From: a virus
Lineage: Duplodnaviria > Caudoviricetes
Virus record (IMG/VR): IMGVR_UViG_3300006123_000043
Coordinates: 1 to 28,888 of that record
Strand: one strand, 5' to 3'
DNA: 28,888 nucleotides
This document shows, in pieces, positions 1-6,925 of this stretch. The notes below the pieces were generated by a model. It was not told the DNA's origin. It saw only the letters and a program-made list of their open reading frames with translations, and ran no database searches. Both the position numbers and the translations under genes were made by a program. The first letter of the stretch is position 1. Each line of letters starts with the position of its first letter.

Positions 1-173
1 TAGACCTTAACAAGTCCGATGAGTTCGGTTCGTCTTGTGTAGTACAACAAGCTATTGGTTATATCAAAGGTACCTGTAACATGGAACCAATGGTGAAACC
101 AAATGCACCAGCTGCTTCATTCTGTGCTGACCGTCTTAAACGGATTCTAGCAGAGCAAGAAGCTGTAGTTTAA
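1..173 (+). CDS. 3' end of hypothetical protein (partial)
   Basis: Open frame from window edge (...DLNKSDEFGSSCVVQQAIGYIKGTCNMEPMVKPNAPAASFCADRLKRILAEQEAVV) to TAA at 171-173. Confidence 0.65.
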   Translation, partial: DLNKSDEFGSSCVVQQAIGYIKGTCNMEPMVKPNAPAASFCADRLKRILAEQEAVV

Positions 174-178
174 TTTAT

Positions 179-253
179 GCAGTTGTTAGTTTAGTGGTAA
201 AACCTCGGGTTGTGATTCCGATATCATGGGTTCGATTCCCATACTTCTGCCCA
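179..253 (+). tRNA. tRNA-His(GUG)
   Basis: Cloverleaf; anticodon arm TCGGG-TT GTG AT-TCCGA; TTCGATT T-loop; encoded G-1:C73 and CCA. Confidence 0.93.
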
Positions 254-274
254 TTTTTATAATAAGGATATTTT

Positions 275-535
275 ATGATTTATTCCCCATTACAAGATAA
301 GTTAGTCATTCAACGTATTACACCAGTAAAAGAAACCGCTTCAGGTATCATTTTACAATCATCAGTAGAACCAGATAGAGCAAAAGTAGTTGCTGTAGGT
401 CCAGATGTTGATGAGGTTGTAGTTGATGAAGAATTATTAATCAATTGGAATGGTGCTGTAAAAATCAAAGACGATTTATACTCTTTACGTATTGAACACG
501 TAATTGGTGTATATGATAATGCCTCGGTAGTTTAA
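275..535 (+). CDS. groES: Co-chaperonin GroES-like protein
   Basis: PLQDKLVI...ETASGIIL...AKVVAVGPD motifs of Cpn10; AAGGA RBS upstream. Confidence 0.9.
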   Translation: MIYSPLQDKLVIQRITPVKETASGIILQSSVEPDRAKVVAVGPDVDEVVVDEELLINWNGAVKIKDDLYSLRIEHVIGVYDNASVV

Positions 536-594
536 TGGTAGAACGGCATCCTTACACGGTGCATACGGGAGTTCGATTCTCCAACGAGGTACCA
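521..594 (+). tRNA. tRNA-Val(UAC)
   Basis: Anticodon arm GCATC-CT TAC AC-GGTGC; TTCGATT T-loop; ends ACCA; overlaps the groES 3' end. Confidence 0.92.
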
Positions 595-597
595 AAT

Positions 598-673
598 GCA
601 AACTTAGCTGATGTGGTCATAGCGGTGGTTTGAAGAACCATGGAAGTAAGTTCGATTCTTACAGTTTGCACCA
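598..673 (+). tRNA. tRNA-Phe(GAA)
   Basis: Acceptor GCAAACT/AGTTTGC; anticodon arm GTGGT-TT GAA GA-ACCAT; CCA end. Confidence 0.93.
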
Positions 674-693
674 GATTGTAATACTTATTTTTA

Positions 694-700
694 CTAAATA
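694..700 (+). promoter_or_regulatory. Putative T4-type late promoter (CTAAATA)
   Basis: TAAATA core ~30 nt upstream of HNH start; similar to T4 gp55 consensus TATAAATA. Confidence 0.5.
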
Positions 701-728
701 TATAGTGTATACTATTTTTAGGAATAAG

Positions 729-1172
729 ATGAGACAAGATATTATTGATAGAAAATTAGAAATATTAGATTGGATTGGTGAAAATCAATCCAAATCTTTT
801 ATATGTAAACAATTAGGTTGTAAACCTGAAACGTTAGAAAGTTACCTAAACAAGTTTGGTGTTGAATATAAAGGCAACATGGGACTAAAAGGTAAAAAAG
901 TAAATACAAGATATGTTCCAGCTATGGAGTATATCAAAGGTTCTTTTGTATCAGCTCACAAGTTAAGATTAAAATTAATTCGTGACGGTATAAAAAAACA
1001 TGAATGTGAAATTTGTGGTGTTACTGAATGGATGGGCCAAAAAGTTCCATTAGAACTTGACCATAAAGATGGAAACCACTATAATAATGAAATAAAAAAT
1101 CTGAGAATTATTTGTCCAAATTGTCATGCACAAACGGATACAAATTCAGGTAAAAATAGTAAAAGAAAATAA
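729..1172 (+). CDS. HNH endonuclease (probable free-standing homing endonuclease)
   Basis: CEICG...LELDHKDGNHYNN...NLRIICPNCHAQT; N-terminal HTH-like segment. Start moved to ATG 729 (AGGA RBS) because the longer ORF overlaps tRNA-Phe. Confidence 0.9.
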   Translation: MRQDIIDRKLEILDWIGENQSKSFICKQLGCKPETLESYLNKFGVEYKGNMGLKGKKVNTRYVPAMEYIKGSFVSAHKLRLKLIRDGIKKHECEICGVTEWMGQKVPLELDHKDGNHYNNEIKNLRIICPNCHAQTDTNSGKNSKRK

Positions 1173-1173
1173 T

Positions 1174-1260
1174 GCCCCGGTGATGGAATTGGTAGTCTTG
1201 CGGTCCTTAGAAGTCCGTGTCCATTGTGGCGTGTCGGTTCGAATCCGACCTGGGGCACCA
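1174..1260 (+). tRNA. tRNA-Leu(UAG)
   Basis: Acceptor GCCCCGG/CTGGGGC; loop CT TAG AA; long variable arm; TTCGAAT; ACCA. Confidence 0.92.
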
Positions 1261-1267
1261 TTATTAT

Positions 1268-1344
1268 ACGGATATGGACAAATTGGTAAAGTCAAAAGGC
1301 TTAAACCCTTAAAATTGTGAGTTCGAATCTCACTATCCGTACCA
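1268..1344 (+). tRNA. tRNA-Leu(UAA), short variable loop
   Basis: Acceptor ACGGATA/TATCCGT; loop CT TAA AC; only 5-nt variable region; ACCA. Confidence 0.88.
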
Positions 1345-1345
1345 G

Positions 1346-1427
1346 GCCCCTGTGGACAAATTGGTAAAGTCACCTCTCTCAAACAGAGGAGTATAATATA
1401 TCCGTTCGAATCGGATCAGGGGCACCA
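1346..1427 (+). tRNA. tRNA-Leu(CAA)
   Basis: Acceptor GCCCCTG/CAGGGGC; anticodon arm CCTCT-CT CAA AC-AGAGG; ACCA. Confidence 0.92.
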
Positions 1428-1428
1428 C

Positions 1429-1457
1429 TTGCCATAGGCGCCTATATAGTATACAAT
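1429..1457 (+). promoter_or_regulatory. Sigma70-type promoter upstream of the three tRNA-Gly genes
   Basis: TTGCCA-N17-TACAAT, 10 nt before tRNA-Gly(GCC). Confidence 0.7.
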
Positions 1458-1467
1458 ACAAACAAAT

Positions 1468-1541
1468 GCGGGATTAGTTTATTGGTAAAACAGAACCTTG
1501 CCAAGGTCCAGTGATGAGTTCGATTCTCATATCCCGCTCCA
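1468..1541 (+). tRNA. tRNA-Gly(GCC)
   Basis: Acceptor GCGGGAT/ATCCCGC; loop TT GCC AA; U73; CCA. Confidence 0.93.
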
Positions 1542-1549
1542 AATACCAT

Positions 1550-1623
1550 GCGGAATTAGTTTAGTGGTAAAACTGGAGATTTCCAATCTTCTGTCAACAG
1601 TTCGATTCTGTTATTCCGCTCCA
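1550..1623 (+). tRNA. tRNA-Gly(UCC)
   Basis: Acceptor GCGGAAT/ATTCCGC; loop TT TCC AA; U73; CCA. Confidence 0.93.
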
Positions 1624-1628
1624 AATTT

Positions 1629-1695
1629 GCGGTCTGTCTAGGACAGGTTAGAGTTCCCCTCTAATAGTTCGGTGCAATTCCGAAGGACCGCTCCA
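1629..1695 (+). tRNA. Atypical 67-nt tRNA-Gly(UCC)-like RNA
   Basis: Acceptor GCGGTCT/GGACCGC + U73 + CCA; anticodon arm TTAGA-GTTCCCC-TCTAA; T-arm TTCGG-TGCAATT-CCGAA; D-arm reduced to GTC-TAG-GAC. Confidence 0.8.
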
Positions 1696-1725
1696 TCTTT
1701 ACACACTCCTGACATAAACCAAAAC

Positions 1726-1732
1726 CTAAATA
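1726..1732 (+). promoter_or_regulatory. Putative late promoter (CTAAATA) inside inverted repeat AAACCTA-AATA-TAGGTTT
   Basis: TAAATA core 36 nt upstream of ATG 1768; inverted repeat spans 1722-1739. Confidence 0.5.
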
Positions 1733-1767
1733 TAGGTTTAACTACCTCAATTTTTATAAGGAATATT

Positions 1768-2226
1768 ATGTCACACCACCACGTTAAGTTACACAAATTA
1801 ATCGACGGAGTATTGAAGACTTTTGCACATTCATTTCAATCCGTTGAAGAAGCTAAAGAATTTATTGCTAACACTCCAGATGTACATTCTGCTCAAGTGT
1901 ATGATAATGGTAATCTAGTTCACGCTCAAGATCCACAACCAGAACCTGTAGTAGTACCTGAAGTTGTGCCAGCTCCAGTTGTTGAGACACCGGCACCAGT
2001 AGTTGAACCTACTCCAGAGCCAGTTGTAGAAACACCAGTCGTTCCAGTAGAAACAGCACCAGTAGCACCAGTTGTTGAAGAAACTCCAGTAGTAGAAACG
2101 CCAGCTCCTGTTGTAGAAACGCCAGTTGCTGTTGTTGAACCAACACCTGTTCCAACACCTGAAGTTGTTGCAGAGCCTGTTGTAACTGCTCCTGAGTCCA
2201 CAGAAACTCCAGCAACAAACGCTTAA
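1768..2226 (+). CDS. Hypothetical protein with small N-terminal domain and Pro/Val/Glu/Thr repeat tail
   Basis: AAGGA RBS before ATG 1768 (MSHHHVKLHK...); C-terminal PVVET/PAPVVE repeats. The longer GTG start overlaps the tRNA. Confidence 0.8.
   Translation: MSHHHVKLHKLIDGVLKTFAHSFQSVEEAKEFIANTPDVHSAQVYDNGNLVHAQDPQPEPVVVPEVVPAPVVETPAPVVEPTPEPVVETPVVPVETAPVAPVVEETPVVETPAPVVETPVAVVEPTPVPTPEVVAEPVVTAPESTETPATNA
1933..2214 (+). repeat. Imperfect coding repeats (P-[A/V]-P-V-V-E-[T/P])
   Basis: Recurring ccagtagttgaa/ccagttgtagaaac-like units. Confidence 0.8.
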
Positions 2227-2966
2227 TCATATTGACGGAATAATTGTTCTGCCTCTGGTATTCTGGTCTTTGTACTACGACTACCTAACACAATAATTAT
2301 TCTATCATTTATTGTCATTATTAAACACCCGCCAGCAGGGAATGTCCAACCGGTTTTACTAACCACAATGTTGTGATTTTTCTCTACTAGCGGGTTTGTG
2401 TTTGTAAACGGTACCCAATTATCATTGACTAATATTTTTACTTGGTATTCTTTACTAAACTCTGTGACTTCTTTATAATTTGTTGCCTCTTTGGCCAATA
2501 AAATTAAATCTCTGGCGGTACTTACATTCTCTTTATCTAAACCGGTAGGTTCAACTACAGAAGTGTTTATCATACCTAAGAGTTTCGCTTTGTTATTCAT
2601 GGCTAAGATACAAGCATTATAACCATTTGGATAATTTTCACAAAGAGTTAAAGAAGCCCGATTATCTGACGATACTAAAGCCATCTCCATTAAAGCTCGC
2701 CTAGTAACCTTTTGGTTCTTTCTAGGAAGTTTATCTCTTAATTTTGTAGTGAGTGTCAGGACTTCCGTTAAGTCTTGTTTGGCATCTAACACAGTAATGA
2801 TGGTTAGAAGTTTGGTGATACTGGCAATTGGTCTTACTTCATCAATATTCTGTGAATCATAAATTTTACCAGTAGTGTCTGCCACTACCCATGATTTGGC
2901 TGTTAGTGGTTTTGAATTACAGAAAAATGCTAGTGATATTAAGAAAATAAATAATAGACGAGACAA
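2223..2966 (-). CDS. Peptidase S11 D-alanyl-D-alanine endo/carboxypeptidase (PBP7/PbpG-like)
   Basis: N-terminal signal peptide; SxxK (IASITKL), SxN (SSDN), KTG (SKTGWT) penicillin-binding motifs; GAGGT RBS before TTG start. Confidence 0.9.
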   Translation of the reverse strand: MSRLLFIFLISLAFFCNSKPLTAKSWVVADTTGKIYDSQNIDEVRPIASITKLLTIITVLDAKQDLTEVLTLTTKLRDKLPRKNQKVTRRALMEMALVSSDNRASLTLCENYPNGYNACILAMNNKAKLLGMINTSVVEPTGLDKENVSTARDLILLAKEATNYKEVTEFSKEYQVKILVNDNWVPFTNTNPLVEKNHNIVVSKTGWTFPAGGCLIMTINDRIIIVLGSRSTKTRIPEAEQLFRQYD

Positions 2967-2996
2967 TTACAACCTCTTTTTGCTTTGATGAATGAA

Positions 2997-3004
2997 TATT
3001 TATG
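2997..3004 (-). promoter_or_regulatory. Putative late promoter CATAAATA for the S11 peptidase
   Basis: Reverse complement of TATTTATG, ~30 nt upstream of the start at 2966. Confidence 0.55.
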
Positions 3005-3037
3005 GATGCTGTCATAAACATATTTTTCAATCACCAA

Positions 3038-3184
3038 ATGCGTTTCACAAAAAGTATAATAGAACTATTAGAAGGTGTAGAGAGTGTAGGAATATTTTTC
3101 TTATACGTTCTCGGATTTTTAGCGTTAGCTTCAATTGGAATCCTAATCTTCTTCTGGTGGGCTCTCAAAAGTCGTCTTCTTTGA
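3038..3184 (+). CDS. Possible small single-pass membrane protein
   Basis: MRFTKSIIELLEGVESVGIFFLYVLGFLALASIGILIFFWWALKSRLL: clean hydrophobic helix then basic tail; no clear RBS; overlaps a convergent gene end. Confidence 0.3.
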   Translation: MRFTKSIIELLEGVESVGIFFLYVLGFLALASIGILIFFWWALKSRLL

Positions 3185-3952
3185 TTTTTCAATATATTCC
3201 AAAACCTCTTTCTTGCGCAACTCTTGTAACACATATTGATTTGTGTGGTCTTTAAGGCCGGGATATCTTTTCTCGGCATCATGTGCAATGAGAGCAAACA
3301 TACAACCAACAAAGAAGATAATGACAAGTAAAAAACCACCAATGTAAGCATCAGCACGTAATGTTGCCATAAATCTTGCTTTTCTGGCCGCTTCGATAGC
3401 TTCTGCCTTCATTCTCTTAGCAATAAGAATCTTTTCTTCTTTGCCAAGTTCTTCCATCATCTTATTCACATCTGTCCACAAAGCACCAAGTTCTGGTGGA
3501 CTTTGATATACAACCAACTCACGTAGGTCAACACTCATTTGTTCCAATTTCTTTTTCATTAGAACACGTTGTAGAGCACGTTTACCAATACTAGCATCAC
3601 CTTGGTATATGTGCGTCTTTGAATGTTTTTCTTCTTCCTCTAAAACAGTCTTACACTTATGGAAGGCATCAAAGAATTCACCAAGTTTTTCACCAATTTC
3701 GGCATACACATCATCAGTCTCACCACCCTTTTTATTGAGTTCGATGATTTCATTTTTCTTTTCAATGAATTGTTTCTTTTGTTCAGCTGTTGGAGGTTTA
3801 TCTTTGTGTGCACTATGAAACTGGTCGTCCAAATCCTTGAGGACGCCTTTAACGTCCCCAGCAGCACCTTTAATATCTTTGTAGAGTTGGCAACCTTTTT
3901 TGACGGCAGACACAGCCGCATTTGCCATTGCGAATAGCGTAATCGGATCCAC
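3143..3952 (-). CDS. Hypothetical helical protein with C-terminal transmembrane segment
   Basis: 269-aa ORF (MDPITLFAMANAAVSAVKKG...), coiled-coil-like body, TM helix YIGGFLLVIIFFVGCMFALIA. Confidence 0.8.
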   Translation of the reverse strand: MDPITLFAMANAAVSAVKKGCQLYKDIKGAAGDVKGVLKDLDDQFHSAHKDKPPTAEQKKQFIEKKNEIIELNKKGGETDDVYAEIGEKLGEFFDAFHKCKTVLEEEEKHSKTHIYQGDASIGKRALQRVLMKKKLEQMSVDLRELVVYQSPPELGALWTDVNKMMEELGKEEKILIAKRMKAEAIEAARKARFMATLRADAYIGGFLLVIIFFVGCMFALIAHDAEKRYPGLKDHTNQYVLQELRKKEVLEYIEKSKKTTFESPPEED

Positions 3953-4016
3953 GGTTCTATATGACCTTTGTTGAATTCACCTATAATAAAATGATGGTAA
4001 AATTAACAGGAACCGC

Positions 4017-4045
4017 TTGACAGTTCAGACGAAATCATATATACT
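4017..4045 (+). promoter_or_regulatory. Sigma70-type early/middle promoter
   Basis: TTGACA-N17-TATACT upstream of ATG 4074 (GGAG RBS). Confidence 0.8.
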
Positions 4046-4052
4046 AATATAT

Positions 4053-4060
4053 TATTTATC
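4053..4060 (-). promoter_or_regulatory. Putative late promoter GATAAATA for the minus-strand genes
   Basis: Reverse complement of TATTTATC, ~100 nt upstream of the 3952 start. Confidence 0.45.
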
Positions 4061-4073
4061 TATTGGAGTTATT

Positions 4074-4382
4074 ATGACCGTTAAAGTATTGAAGTTAATT
4101 ACGGGTGAAGAAGTATTAGGAGATGCAGAAATTGCACTAGGTGAATGGTATATTACCAATCCTGTGGCCATCTCAATTGTACGGGGTCAAAATGGTAGTC
4201 CTAACGTAGGATTAGCACCATTTCCACTACACGCACCACAAACCAAAGACGCTAAGATTGCCATACCGCTAACAAGTGTAGTATACTCTTATATTCCAGC
4301 AGAAGATTTCATTAATAACTACAATCAAATCTTTGGTTCTGGTATCGTTCTTCCAACTCCAAAACAAATTATTACAGGTTAA
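4074..4382 (+). CDS. Conserved T4-like small protein upstream of DNA polymerase (possible Sm-like fold)
   Basis: VKVLKLITGEEVLG...NNYNQIFGSGIVLP pattern recalled from the gene preceding gp43 in T4-like phages; start set at ATG 4074. Confidence 0.75.
   Translation: MTVKVLKLITGEEVLGDAEIALGEWYITNPVAISIVRGQNGSPNVGLAPFPLHAPQTKDAKIAIPLTSVVYSYIPAEDFINNYNQIFGSGIVLPTPKQIITG
4258..4287 (+). promoter_or_regulatory. Internal sigma70-type promoter upstream of gp43
   Basis: TTGCCA-N18-TATACT within the upstream CDS. Confidence 0.5.
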
Positions 4383-6925
4383 TGTCAACATTTTACACCA
4401 ATGTTCAATCAGTTGGCGGCCATATTCTCTATCGTGGTATCAAAAACGGTAAGAGAGTACAGGCCAAACTAGACTACGAGCCGTGCCTCTATCTACCATC
4501 AAACAAGCCAACACAATTCAAAAATCTTAAAGGCGAATATCTTAACCAGAAACGCTTTGATTCTATCTACGAAGCAAGAGAGTATCTTAAGAAGTTTGAA
4601 GACGTAGGCGGGTCCCTGGTGTATGGACAGAATCGTTTTGAGTATGCTTATATTGCTGAACACCATCAAGGCATGGTTGACTATGACTATGATAAAATCT
4701 CAGTAGCCTTTATAGATATTGAGGTTGGTTCTGAGAATGGTTTCCCTGATCCATACGAAGCAAATGAACCAATCACAGCCATCTGTCTCACATTCTTAAA
4801 CGGTGAAACACACGTTTGGGGTTGTGGTGACTACGAAGTACAAGGTGATGAGAAATACCACAAATGCCGGGATGAATGGACTTTGTGTAGAGAATTCTTA
4901 TCATTCTGGCAGGCCAATTATCCTGATGTGTTAACTGGTTGGAACACAGAGTTCTTTGATATACCATACATCGTCAATCGTTTCAGGCGTATTCTTGGTG
5001 AGAATGAAACCAAGAAGTTATCTCCGTGGCAATATCTACCAGAACGTAAAGTTATCAATATGGGTAAACAAATGATCCATTATTTGATGACAGGTATAGC
5101 CTGTTTAGACTATATCGAATTATACAAATGGTATGCTCCTGGCGGTAAGTCACAAGAATCATACAAGTTGGATGCTATTGCAAACGTAGAACTCGGTGAA
5201 CGTAAATTGTCCTATGATGAGTATGATAACTTACACGCCTTGTATCGTTTGAACCACCAAAAGTTTATTGAATATAATATCAAAGACGTACAGTTGGTTT
5301 TGAGATTGGAAGATAAACTTAAGTTAGTTGAGATGGCGGTAACTCTGGCTTATGATACAAAGTCCAATATGGATGATGTGTTTGCTCAGACTAGAATGTG
5401 GGATGCTATGACATATTCTTACCTGTTGGAAAAGAATATCATTGTACCACCAAGAGTTGTAAGAGAGAAGACAGAAGCGTTTGAAGGTGCCTATGTTAAA
5501 GATCCACAAGTTGGTCTACACAATTGGGTTGCCTCATTTGACTTGAACTCTTTGTATCCACACTTGATGATGCAATACAATATCTCTCCTGAGACTTTGA
5601 TTGAACCTGGTGATTACACAGATGAAATGAGAGATGTAATATCACAGGCACCAAATGTCGAGAAGATGTTACTGAAGAAGATTGATATGTCTAAACTGGA
5701 AGGTGTTACGATGACACCAAACGGTCAATTCTTTCGTACTGATGTTATGGGTTTCTTTCCTAAGATGTTGGAAGAAATGTATGTAGATAGAAAGAAGTTT
5801 AAGAAATTATATCTTGAAGCTAAACAAGAATTGGAGAACGAGAAAGATGTCTCAAAACGATACGCAATCGAGAAACGAATCGCTAAGTACAATAATTTAC
5901 AATTGGCCAAAAAGGTCTCTCTCAACTCCGCTTACGGTGCTTTGGGAAGCCAGTATTTTAGGTTCTATGACTTACGCATGGCACTTGGAGTTACTACGGC
6001 AGGTCAACTCTCAATTCGTTGGATTGAATCAAAGATAAATGCCTACATGAACAAACTATTGTCTACCGATACGGACTATGTGATTGCTTCTGATACAGAT
6101 TCAATTTATCTCCGTCTTGGTGACTTGGTGAATAAAGTTTATGGTGTTGATGGTGTCGTTAATTTGCCGAAACAAAAGGTAATTGAATTCATGGACCGTG
6201 TCTGTGAAGATAAGATTCAACCATACATTGACAACTGTTATAAAGAGTTGGCTGATTATGTCCATGCTTATGCACAAAAGATGCAGATGAAACGAGAAGG
6301 TCTTTCAGACAAAGGTATTTGGACTGCCAAGAAACGTTATATTCTAAACGTATATAACAATGAAGGTGTTCAGTATGCCGAACCTGACCTGAAAGTTATG
6401 GGTCTTGAAATGATTAAATCTTCCACTCCATCTATTGTGCGTGAGAAGATGAAAGAGGTAATCAAGTTGATGGTATCTGGTACAGAACAAGATGTACAGG
6501 ATTATTTGGCAAAGTTCAAGGCCGAGTTCAGTAAATTACCACCAGAAGATATATCTTTTCCTAGAGGTGTGAATGGTCTTAGAGAGTACTCGGATCCTAC
6601 AACCTTGTATAAGAAAGGTACACCAATCCATGTGAAAGGTGCTTTGTTATATAATAAGGCATTAAAAGATAGAAACCTGGAGAAGAAGTATCCTATGATA
6701 CAATCCGGTGAAAAGATTAAATTTACCTATCTTAAAACACCAAATCATTTCCAGGATACCGTCATATCTTTCCCTGGTAGATTACCGACTGAGTTTGGGC
6801 TTGACAACTGTATAGACTTTGAGTTACAATATGAGAAATCGTTTTTGGAACCCATCAAAGTTATTCTTGATTGTATGGGTTGGAAAACAGAACAGGTAAG
6901 CTCACTAGAGGACTTCTTTACATGA
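4382..6925 (+). CDS. 43: Family B DNA polymerase (T4 gp43-like)
   Basis: Exo motifs DIE and GWNTEFFD; pol motifs SFDLNSLYP, KVSLNSAYG, SDTDS, KKRY; C-terminal clamp-binding SLEDFF. Confidence 0.98.
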   Translation: MSTFYTNVQSVGGHILYRGIKNGKRVQAKLDYEPCLYLPSNKPTQFKNLKGEYLNQKRFDSIYEAREYLKKFEDVGGSLVYGQNRFEYAYIAEHHQGMVDYDYDKISVAFIDIEVGSENGFPDPYEANEPITAICLTFLNGETHVWGCGDYEVQGDEKYHKCRDEWTLCREFLSFWQANYPDVLTGWNTEFFDIPYIVNRFRRILGENETKKLSPWQYLPERKVINMGKQMIHYLMTGIACLDYIELYKWYAPGGKSQESYKLDAIANVELGERKLSYDEYDNLHALYRLNHQKFIEYNIKDVQLVLRLEDKLKLVEMAVTLAYDTKSNMDDVFAQTRMWDAMTYSYLLEKNIIVPPRVVREKTEAFEGAYVKDPQVGLHNWVASFDLNSLYPHLMMQYNISPETLIEPGDYTDEMRDVISQAPNVEKMLLKKIDMSKLEGVTMTPNGQFFRTDVMGFFPKMLEEMYVDRKKFKKLYLEAKQELENEKDVSKRYAIEKRIAKYNNLQLAKKVSLNSAYGALGSQYFRFYDLRMALGVTTAGQLSIRWIESKINAYMNKLLSTDTDYVIASDTDSIYLRLGDLVNKVYGVDGVVNLPKQKVIEFMDRVCEDKIQPYIDNCYKELADYVHAYAQKMQMKREGLSDKGIWTAKKRYILNVYNNEGVQYAEPDLKVMGLEMIKSSTPSIVREKMKEVIKLMVSGTEQDVQDYLAKFKAEFSKLPPEDISFPRGVNGLREYSDPTTLYKKGTPIHVKGALLYNKALKDRNLEKKYPMIQSGEKIKFTYLKTPNHFQDTVISFPGRLPTEFGLDNCIDFELQYEKSFLEPIKVILDCMGWKTEQVSSLEDFFT
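6801..6830 (+). promoter_or_regulatory. Internal sigma70-type promoter in the gp43 3' end
   Basis: TTGACA-N18-TACAAT ~90 nt upstream of the next gene. Confidence 0.55.

Noticed and set aside
552-1382. ORFs 552-737(-), 1126-1320(+), 1146-1382(-) and the N-terminal extension of the HNH ORF (630-728)
   Set aside because: They overlap well-formed tRNA genes and are incidental reading frames.
1346-1427. Possible UCA (opal suppressor/Sec) anticodon in CTCTCAAAC
   Set aside because: The perfect stem CCTCT/AGAGG centres the loop on CAA; genes end normally in TAA/TGA with no sign of recoding.
1926-2230. Gly/Thr-rich and Gln/Leu-rich minus-strand ORFs
   Set aside because: Antisense shadows of the PVVE repeat gene.
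3031-3357. Minus-strand 108-aa ORF overlapping the membrane-protein gene, possible spanin-like nested gene
   Set aside because: No convincing lipobox or RBS and no codon anomaly.
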